A DNA stretch of 64,000 nt from Chrysomallon squamiferum. Lineage: Eukaryota > Animalia > Mollusca. Shown here one piece after another: positions 53,806 through 64,000 of this stretch (position 1 is its first letter; every line of letters begins with the position of its first letter). The position numbers and the translations under genes were made by a program. Where the stretch lies: positions 26,350,001 to 26,414,000 of the forward strand of contig CM022677.1 of the NCBI GenBank assembly GCA_012295275.1, given 5' to 3'. The notes under the pieces were generated by a model. The model saw only the letters and a list, made by a program, of their open reading frames with translations, made no database searches and was not told the DNA's origin.

Positions 53806-54256
53806 GTGGGTTTTTCTACACAAATCTTTTTCTACACAACTTTCTCTGCTTCACTTCACTACTGCAGCCAGATGTAAGCTTTATAAAATGTCAAAAAGAA
53901 GTCTAGATACATCAGCAGTCAGATCTTACTAACGTATGAGTAAAATAAATATATGATCAGTGTCAAGTTTCAGTAAAACAGTTGTGATTTTCATATCAGA
54001 ACTCCAGTCATTATACAAGCCTCATAACATGTTAAAATGTATTCAGAATACACCAGCTGTTTTCTACTCACATAGTCAAACTGTTAATGTAAGACTGCTT
54101 TTAATAATTTTAATAACACTATTCTGTATTTTATGACCTACCATTGCTAATGGGCAGCTTGTTGTAAAAGTGAACAGAGGCTCAAGCAGCTGTTATTGTT
54201 TCCTAGGAAGGTGTTAATATGATTTGGATGTAACCTGTTGATGCTTGTTGTTTCAG

Positions 54257-54342
54257 CTCTACTACTACATCTGTGCTGGAGCTCTGAACAACTTGTTGCT
54301 GAGGAAAGACATGTGTAACTGGTCTAAAGGCATGCAGATCAG
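54257..54342 (+). CDS. MYO5: Myosin V exon, DIL domain: [28 protein letters not shown](R)
   Basis: tttcag|ctc...ag|gtgact. Confidence 0.96.
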
Positions 54343-54383
54343 GTGACTGACACTGAGATAGTAGATTAGAATGATTTGTTTTT

Positions 54384-54583
<200 letters not shown>

Positions 54584-54805
54584 GAGAGAGAGAATAGGGT
54601 GTTAGAGATAAAAAGATTCAGAGAGATAGAGAAATAGTTTTTGAGAGTGAGAGATAAGCCACTTGAAACTATTTTAAAAGCTTAGTTTATTAAGTTAGAT
54701 AAGAGTTTGTGTTTGTGTGTGTGTATAAACTTGTATGTATTACTTATGTATTTATACACTGATAGGTGATTACAAGTAATAGAATGTACTGTGTGTTGTT
54801 TTCAG

Positions 54806-54977
54806 GTACAACTTGAGTCATCTGGAGCAGTGGTTGCGAGACAACAAACTTCACGAGTCTGGTGCTGTCACGACGTTGGAACCCATCGTCCAGGCGTCGC
54901 AGCTGCTGCAGGCGCGGAAGACTGAGGCCGATGTTGATGGCATCTGTGAGATGTGTTCCAAACTTAGTGTGGCGCAG
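54806..54977 (+). CDS. MYO5: Myosin V exon, DIL domain: YNLSHLEQWLRD...ICEMCSKLSVAQ
   Basis: tttcag|g...cag|gtgagc. Confidence 0.96.
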
Positions 54978-57522
54978 GTGAGCTACTTTATTTAATAGCT
55001 GTGAAAGTTGTTCTGTGAGATGTGTGTGAGTGTTCTGTGAGATGTGTTCCAAACTTAGCGTGGCGCAGGTGAGCTACTTTATTTAGTTAGCTGTGAAAGT
55101 TGTTCTGTGAGATGTGTGTGAGTGTTCTGTGAGATGTGTTCCAAACTTAGTGTGGCACAGGTGAGCTACTTTATTTAGTTAGCTGTGAAAGTTGTTCTGT
55201 GAGATGTGTGTGAGTGTTCTGTGAGATGTGTTCTAAACTTAGTGTGGCACAGGTGAGCTACTTTATTTAGTTAGCTGTGAAAGTTGTTCTGTGAGATGTG
55301 TGTGAGTGTTCTGTGAGATGTGTTCTGTGTGTGTGGTGTTCTAAACTTAGTGTGGCACAGGTGAGCTACTTTATTTAGTTAGCTGTGAAAGTTGTTCTGT
55401 GAGATGTGTGTGAGTGTTCTGTGAGATGTGTTCTAAACTTAGTGTGGCACAGGTGAGCTACTTTATTTAGTTAGCTGTGAAAGTTGTTCTGTGAGATGTG
55501 TTCTAAACTTAGTGTGGCACAGGTGAGCTACTTTATTTAGTTAGCTGTGAAAGTTGTTCTGTGAGATGTGTTCTAAACTTAGTGTGGCACAGGTGAGCTA
55601 CTTTATTTAGTTAGCTGTGAAAGTTGTTCTGTGAGATGTGTTCTAAACTTAGTGTGGCACAGGTGAGCTACTTTATTTAGTTAGCTGTGAAAGTTGTTCT
55701 GTGAGATGTGTTCTAAACTTAGTGTGGCACAGGTGAGCTACTTTATTTAGTTAGCTGTGAAAGTTGTTCTGTGAGATGTGTGTGAGTGTTCTGTGAGATG
55801 TGTTCTAAACTTAGTGTGGCACAGGTGAGCTACTTTATTTAGTTAGCTGTGAAAGTTGTTCTGTGAGATGTGTGTGAGTGTTCTGTGAGATGTGTTCTAA
55901 ACTTAGCGTGGCGCAGGTGAGCTACTTTATTTAGTTAGCTGTGAAAGTTGTTCTGTGAGATGTGTGTGAGTGTTCTGTGAGATGTGTTCTGTGTGTGTGG
56001 TGTTCTAAACTTAGTGTGGCACAGGTGAGCTACTTTATTTAGTTAGCTGTGAAAGTTGTTCTGTGAGATGTGTTCTAAACTTAGTGTGGCACAGGTGAGC
56101 TACTTTATTTAGTTAGCTGTGAAAGTTGTTCTGTGAGATGTGTTCTAAACTTAGTGTGGCACAGGTGAGCTACTTTATTTAGTTAGCTGTGAAAGTTGTT
56201 CTGTGTGTGAGTGTTCTGTGAGATGTGTTCTAAACTTAGTGTGGCACAGGTGAGCTACTTTATTTAGTTAGCTGTGAAAGTTGTTCTGTGAGATGTGTGT
56301 GAGTGTTCTGTGAGATGTGTTCTAAACTTAACTGCATTAGAGGGGTGAGCTACTTTATTTAGTTAGCTGTGAAAGTTGTTCTGTGAGATGTGTGTGAGTG
56401 TTCTGTGAGATGTGTTCTGTGTGTGTGTGGTGTTCTAAACTTAGTGTGGCACAGGTGAGCTACTTTATTTAGTTAGCTGTGAAAGTTGTTCTGTGAGATG
56501 TGTGTGAGTGTTCTGTGAGATGTGTTCTAAACTTAGTGTGGCACAGGTGAGCTACTTTATTTAGTTAGCTGTAAAAGTTGTTCTGTGAGATGTGTTCTAA
56601 ACTTAGTGTGGCACAGGTGAGCTACTTTATTTAGTTAGCTGTGAAAGTTGTTCTGTGAGATGTGTTCTGTGAGATGTGTTCCAAACTTAGCGTGGCACAG
56701 GTGAGCTACTTTATTTAGTTAGCTGTGAAAGTTGTTCTGTGTGTGTGTGAGTGTTCTGTGAGATGTGTGTGTGTTCTGTGAGATGTGTGTGTGTGTTCTG
56801 TGAGATGTGTTCTAAACTTAGTGTGGCACAGGTGAGCTACTTTATTTAATAGCTGTGAAAGTTGTTCTGTGAGATGTGTGTGTGTTCTGTGAGATGTGTT
56901 CTAAACTTAGTGTGGCACAGGTGAGCTACTTTATTTAATAGCTGTGAAAGTTGTTCTGTGAGATGTGTGTGTGTTCTGTGAGATGTGTGTGTGTTCTGTG
57001 AGATGTGTTCTAAACTTAGTGTGGCACAGGTGAGCTACTTTATTTAATAGCTGTGAAAGTTGTTCTGTGAGATGTGTGTGTGTTCTGTGAGATGTGTTCT
57101 AAACTTAGTGTGGCACAGGTGAGCTACTTTATTTAATAGTGTGAAAGTTGTTCTGTGAGATGTGTGTGTGTTCTGTGAGATGTGTTCTGTGAGATGTGTT
57201 CTAAACTTAGTGTGGCACAGGTGAGCTACTTTATTTAGTTAGCTGTGAAAGTTGTTCTGTGAGATGTGTTCTAAACTTAGTGTGGCACAGGTGAGCTACT
57301 TTATTTAGTTAGCTGTGAAAGTTGTTCTGTGAGATGTGTGTGAGTGTTCTGTGAGATGTGTTCTAAACTTAGCGTGGCGCAGGTGAGCTACTTTATTTAG
57401 TTAGCTGTGAAAGTTGTTCTGTGAGATGTGTGTGAGTGTTCTGTGAGATGTGTTCTAAACTTAGTGTGGCACAGGTGAGCTACTTTATTTAGTTAGCTGT
57501 GAAAGTTGTTCTGTGAGATGTG
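54944..57522 (+). repeat. Tandem array (~30 units, 70-bp core with ~20-bp add-ons) made of the last ~33 nt of the exon + its donor + ~36 nt of intron
   Basis: Unit TCTGTGAGATGTGTTCTAAACTTAGTGTGGCACAG|GTGAGCTACTTTATTTAGTTAGCTGTGAAAGTTGT. Confidence 0.97.
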
Positions 57523-57650
57523 CGAGTGTGTTGTGTGTGTTGTGTGGGTGTGTGTTGTGTGTGTGTTGTGTGTGTGTTGTGTGAGTGTTGTGTGTGTGTT
57601 GTGTGTGTGTTGTGTGTGTTGTGTGTGAGTTGTGTGAGTGTGTGTGTGTG

Positions 57651-57698
<48 letters not shown>

Positions 57699-58084
57699 CT
57701 GTGTTTGTGTGTGTTATATGAAACCAATAAAGAAATGTTTGTGCACACATGCAGAGAAAACAACACAAAACAAACACACACATGCACACACACATTTTTA
57801 TCTCTACAGGATTTCCAAAAACTGTTCCAGTCATTTCTACATTTATTTACTCATAATTCTGAAATGCTTGAATCTATGCCATGTTTTAACAACACAACAG
57901 TCTAAACTAGATAGACATTTAATGAAATAACAAAAAGAAGAAAAAATAAAGAAAAAGTTTAAAAAAAAAACAGAAAAAAAAAACTTGACTAAACCATAAA
58001 TAATGTTATTCAAACACTCATTCATCCACAGAGAACAACTCTCAATTTACTGTTTCCCCAAATATATATAAATAAATTCATTCA

Positions 58085-58170
58085 TTTATTTATTCGTTTA
58101 TTTTGAGATTATGAAAATCTTGATACTGCATGTATCTGTCAATCATTTAACTATTTATTCATTTGTTTGT

Positions 58171-58205
<35 letters not shown>

Positions 58206-58503
58206 TCTGCAGATTATGAAAATCTTGATACTGCATGTATCTGTCAATCATTTAACTATTTATTCATTTGTTTATTTATTTATTTATTTATCTGCAGATT
58301 GTGAAAATCTTGATACTGCATGTATCTGTCAATCATTTAACTATTTATTCATTTGTTTGTTTATTTGTTTGTTTATTTATTTATTTATTTATCTGCAGAT
58401 TGTGAAAATCTTGATACTGCTTGTATCTGTCAATCATTTAACTGTTTATTCACTTGTTTGTTTGTTTATTTATTTATTTATTTCTCCGCAGATTGTGAAA
58501 ATC
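58085..58503 (+). repeat. 85-105-bp tandem repeat carrying four upstream copies of the terminal-exon acceptor
   Basis: (TTTA)nTCTGCAG|ATTRTGAAAATC before 58213, 58298 and 58399; degenerate copy before 58108; true site before 58492. Confidence 0.93.
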
Positions 58504-58728
58504 CTCAACCTCTACACTCCTGTGGACGAGTTCGAGGAGCGCGTCCCCATCTCGTTCATCCGTAAAATCCAAGAGAAGCTGAAATGTCGCGAGGACGAGA
58601 ACAACCCGTTGCTAATGGATACGAGTTTCAGCTTCCCCGTCACCTTCCCGTTCAATCCCTCCAGCATCTCCCTCGAATCTATCACAGTGCCCGAACAGCT
58701 GCATTTAGGATTTCTCAAGAAGATCTAG
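58492..58728 (+). CDS. MYO5: Myosin V terminal coding exon: [18 protein letters not shown]...HLGFLKKI*
   Basis: ccgcag|att...TAG; canonical myosin-V C-terminus. Confidence 0.97.
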   Translation: MVKILNLYTPVDEFEERVPISFIRKIQEKLKCREDENNPLLMDTSFSFPVTFPFNPSSISLESITVPEQLHLGFLKKI

Positions 58729-61484
58729 ATTCGCAGAAATAATGTTTTTATTCATCACTCTTCACGAAGGTTGTACAATTCATTCATAGAAACAGCCAAA
58801 TGAACGAATGCAGTGAGGCGTGCAGTGAAAGAAAAGAAAAAAAAACAGTTGTGTTTACGATTCTGTGTGAAAATATAGATTCTTGGAAATTGCCGTATGA
58901 ATTGTTATAAAATAAAACAGCTACATTTAGGGTTTGCTTAAGAAAATGTTGATTCCAGGAATTAGCCTAATGAAAGAAGAATAATCTGTGATTCCTTGAG
59001 AAAACTGTACTTTCAAAGAAAAAAATCATGTAAATTGATTACAGTTATGTTAGAAAAAACCAAAACCAAAAACAAAAACATTTATAATTATTCAAAAAAA
59101 GCTATAGTTTCCCTTGAACAAATATAGAACACATATGAAGAAATATAGAGAAATACAGCAGAAAAATAAATTTAAAAAAAATTAAATTTAGGATTCTTTA
59201 ACAAGATATTGAAATAGCCATAAGAACTAAAACAGTGAAATTTAAAAAAAAGAATAATAATAATAAAGAGTAACATTTCCATTTGTCAAGAAAATTGAAA
59301 ACCAGAAAAGGAAATATTATCTTTATGGTTTTCATATTTTCACCAGAAGTATTTTTTCTCTTCAGACATCATGAATGGAAATACTTTTTTTTAGCCAGTC
59401 TGTATAATGACCCACCTGTTTGACAAGGAGATGAGGATGTGTTTCACTATTAACGAAGAGAAAGTTTAAACTACAAATTTATTACAGTAGAAGTCTGTGA
59501 TTTAAGAAACTGCAAAATGGAGAAAAATTAAATTAATTTAAATTTAACAAGGAACTGAAAAGAGTGCAGTCCATTTTGAAAAATATATAGTACATTTGTA
59601 ATGAAGCTTTTTGTCTTATCTTTAGTCTGATGTTAATGCATTTGAGCTTCAGACTCCTTGTAATGTGATTGGCCGATGTTCAAGCTTCTGTTATGTGACT
59701 GGACGATCTTCACATTTTCAGACAACTGTTACTGTGATTGGCTGGACCTGCTAGATTTTCTGTTGAAATATTTGACCAATGCTTAATTGTCAGCTGATCT
59801 TGTGAAAGTGTCACCAAAACCTTGTTGTATGGGAGAAAAATAGACTGGTTTCTGTTTTAGGTGTTTGTCTTGAAAACATTTGATAAACTGATTTACCCAA
59901 TGAATTAGAATGTGAATTTTTGAAATTTACATCAAGTGCCCGATTTACTTTTTTTTTTTTTTTTTACTTTTTTCTTTTCTGTGAGATTTCATTTTCTTAA
60001 TTTTTTTTATTTATTTTGCAATTCCTTTTAATAATTATTATTAATAGTTCTTTTTTTTTGTCGCAAAAATCTAAGAAACAGATTCATATGTATCATTTTT
60101 TTTTTTTTTTGTTGCTTCTAATAGTGTTTAAATAAATTCTAATTAACATCATTTTTTCACAATTAACTTTTTATTTATCTTTTTGAAATTATAATCATAT
60201 ATTATAAAAAATGTCTTACATAATTGAAAACAAATGTAATTTATAAGATGTGAATTATTATGTTTATCAACCAAAAACTTGTTTTTATTTATTTATTTAA
60301 AATTAAGCTTTAAAAAAATTATATCTCTTTACCATTTGAAAAATATGAAAATCAAAACCAGTTTTATTATAATAATATTTTTGTCACTATAAGAATATAT
60401 TAGAGATTGTAAATTATTTAATTCAGTTTTGATAACAGAATGACAGTTACATTCTTTGTTAAAAGTGCTGGGCATGTTTTGTTAATATGCATGTTATTAG
60501 ATTTTTGACAATTTTTCTTATTTATCCATCATTTTATTCTTGTTTGAATTAAAAAATATATATTTATTAATTTATAGTTATATATATATATATATATATA
60601 TGACAAGAGAAGCTAGAAATGTTGAAATTTTTTATAACTTTCAAAAAGGCATTTAATTTTAATTTTAATTTTTCTAAAATATTTTGTTTTTAGTTACAGT
60701 TTTTATCACAATGTCTCAGAACTAACACTAAGAATTTAGTTAACTTTCTACATCTGCCTTTTCTTTCATATTTTGAGTTTTTTTATTTTTCATTAATACT
60801 TAACTATTATACCAGAATATTTTATTTTATTTTCATTACTAAACAATTAATAAGTTAATGTTTGAACTCATGCAAATATGTAGCATGTGATTCCTTGGCT
60901 TAAGATATACATTAACTATTAATACATTTTCAAACTGTATAGAGGCATAGCCTCAAATACACATACATCCATGTGATAACACATCTTTGTTTTTCTACTG
61001 GTATATGTAGATCAATATTTTACTTTGCTGAACAAGATTACACACATATATATATATATAGTTATATATAAAATTATATTTTGCATTTCATTGTTTGGGG
61101 AGAGTCAATAATTTAAATCTAGTCAAGAAAAAATCAATTCTCCGCAAGAACTGAACTGAACAATGATAAGGATAAAACATCATTTAAAAGTCACCTGAAG
61201 AATATCTTTGTAAAAATTAGGTTAAAAACACCTTTTCTGATTATTGGATTAATTAATACAGTTAAAGGGATTTATTAAAAAGTAAAACAGAGAGAAGAAG
61301 AAGAAGAATCAGAGTGCTATGAAATGTTTGAGTAAATAATAATTCTATTAATTAATCTTTTATTCATGTCAAATGAGTTTTTAATTTTCTGAATACAATT
61401 GCTTATGAATTAATAAATTAATTAGTTAATAATTTTTTATTAATTACTAATGCATGGTGAAAATTGGTGCGAACATGAGATTTG

Positions 61485-61515
<31 letters not shown>

Positions 61516-62214
61516 TGATACAATAAAAGGTATATTAAGAAAGTCTCAAAAAAAAAAAAAAAAAAAATTATGAGTTTTTACAGTATTGAAAATCAGTTAA
61601 AAAATGAAATGAAAACAAAAACTAACCAACATTTCAGAAAATTGTTAGTTACTACTAACAGCAAGATTTGTCACTTTACTAAACTTTAATTACCATCAAA
61701 TTTGTTTAGCTTTAAATATAGATTTTTGTTTATTTATTTACTTATAAAATATAGAAAATTCTGTTAGCATGATTTATAGCTGTTTTTTGTTTTATTTTCC
61801 CACCGCTTTTTATATATATTTTATATACATATACTCTTTTGTTAGCTTATTCTATTTTATTATTGTTATTTGCTGCATCAGATGTCAAATCATGAATGTA
61901 AACAGATTATGAAAATTGGGATTATCTTAATACTTTTATAACATTCACTTTTTACCAAGATTTGTTAATACTCTTAAAACACACACACACACATACATAC
62001 AACATGACATACTTTTACACAGATTATACTCTGTAACATTACATCAGTATAGTATGTAACTGTATCTACATTAAAACATACATATCTGTATTTATAAATT
62101 ATTATTAAGACAAGTTTTAAATTACACATGTATTTTGTCAGTACCTGGGTCTATTCGTGATAAATGAATGATATCAAATTTTAAAGATGAGTTCAGTATG
62201 GATAGCTGTCTGAT

Positions 62215-62289
62215 ATAATTTAATTTTGTGTGGAAACATTTATGTTTTAATTCATTTGTAAACAAGTAATAATCATTTATCTTTGTTTT

Positions 62290-62332
<43 letters not shown>

Positions 62333-63420
62333 AAATAATTTTTTAAGAAAATACATTTTTAAAATATTCAATAAATTAGGAAATTATGACAGGTTTTTTT
62401 TTATTTTTTTATTTATTTAATTTTAATTTTTAAGTTAGGCTATGTGAAGATTTTGAATGAAAGACAAAACCTTTACTTTTCATGTAAAATAATTTAAAAT
62501 GTGTAATTAAATGCTGGGCATTAAAGATAAGAATTTATTTTTCTTTTATTGTTTATATCTAATCATTCCAGACAGGTTAATTATTTCATTTCATTCCACT
62601 GTTTCAAAACAAACAAATAACTAAATAAACCTATTTTTTGTATATATGAAACAATGTATAATGGTTGTGAATAACATTTTCTGTCTATCTATGATGGTAC
62701 AAATTAATGGCAAAAATGTTCATTATTTTTAATGTTTATCCTTTTAAATAATCAGCAATTTAAACTGTGCCTAACATGGCCTTTCAGTTTATTTGGCAGA
62801 AAAAGATTCCAGAGTTTTCAAACTGAACTTATTTATTTTTGATATACAAAATTAAAAGGTTGTTTAATAAACCCCTAAAACTAGGAAGCATGCTGAATCT
62901 GTTTTAGACTATTTCTTTGTACTGTCAAAGATAAATTTTAAATGTTTCCATTGCTATGCAATTCACAGGGTAATTAATCTCTTCCTTTGGTTTAAATATA
63001 TTGTGAAATGTTTGTAATAATTGAATAAAAGTATGGCCTGTTATAAAATAGTTAAGATAATTTAAATCGGTATATTTTTACTTTGACTTGAAATAAAAGA
63101 GGTTACAGAAATGAGCTTACTATTATTATAATAGAAACAGTTTGTAAAGTAGGTATTAGCAGTATTACCTATAAATTGATCATAATAATTATCTTATAAT
63201 CTTATATAATAACAGCAAAAAAAATAAAAAAATTAATAAAAAAAATAATTATTTTTTTTACTGATATTGGCATAAGTTGTATAAACTAGACCTCAATTTA
63301 ATTTTGTCTAGAAATGTTCATGTTGTAATTCATTTGTAAACAAGTAATAATCATTTATCTTTGTTTTGTTCTCTCTCTCTTTAAATAATTTTTTAAGAAA
63401 TACATTGTAAAAATCTAACA
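62215..63420. repeat. Dispersed direct repeat pair (~62215-62370 and ~63294-63420) differing in (CT)n length
   Basis: Shared AATTCATTTGTAAACAAGTAATAATCATTTATCTTTGTTTTG-(CT)n-TTAAATAATTTTTTAAGAAA. Confidence 0.8.
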
Positions 63421-63969
63421 TTAGAGGTCATACAAATTAGCTTAACATTGTAACAAAAAAAATAATAATAATAATAACAGCAACAATAATAATAATAATA
63501 ATAATAAAAATAAATAAATAATAAAAATAATAATAAAGGAATAAAAGTATATATCAAAAGGAAGAGGTTATTTCCAGATTTGTGATAAAACTTTTCTTCT
63601 ATCATTCCACACTGTAGTCTTGTGCTTGTTTTCTCTGTGTATTATTACTGTGATAGGTAAAAATAAACAATAGAGTTCAATACAAGAAGAAACAGTCAGG
63701 TATACTGATATATAATAACTCTTGTTTTTCTGTGGTATCACCATCTTTCTTTTTCCATGGTATTTGTAAATCCATATTTTACTTTGCTGTTTATATATCT
63801 ATACATTATTTATTGCCATTGTTATTATTATCATAAATATTATTATTATAATTATTATTGTTATTATTATTTTTATTATTATTGTAAATCTTTCTACAAG
63901 ACGCATATGACATCAGAATAGAAATATTTACAGTTCACCATGTTAAATAACTGGGATAGATGAGAAGTA

Positions 63970-64000
<31 letters not shown>

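Noticed and set aside
58111-58491. N-terminal part of the 205-aa ORF as a membrane protein
   Set aside because: It is the intronic acceptor repeat; myosin similarity starts only at 58492.

Overview
Eukaryotic (animal, AT-rich, very microsatellite-rich; probably an invertebrate, taxon not determinable from this window) genomic DNA. It holds most of one + strand class V unconventional myosin gene, whose 5' end lies upstream of the window. About 35 exons were traced by hand with GT-AG boundaries and phase checks, from the motor-domain switch II/relay region (159) through six IQ motifs and the coiled coil to the globular/DIL tail and stop codon (58728). Main observations: (1) the 16.8-kb intron 27534-44303 hides a ~1.6-kb acidic, disordered coding exon (41987-43595). 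It is split by a 1-nt indel in a 21-nt repeat and ends in a strong donor in frame with the tail exons, suggesting a motor-less tail isoform with an RVxF (PP1-docking-like) motif. (2) Two paralogous coiled-coil exons (17667-17831 and 21014-21181) look mutually exclusive, and there are two small symmetric cassette exons. (3) Throughout the gene, exon-intron junctions have themselves seeded tandem duplications, from 2 to about 65 copies of real donors or acceptors, at many stages of decay; one has produced a nascent in-frame 90-nt exon copy. (4) A garbled stretch at about 50835-51295 is probably a local misassembly. Most long ORFs in the supplied track are microsatellite artefacts.
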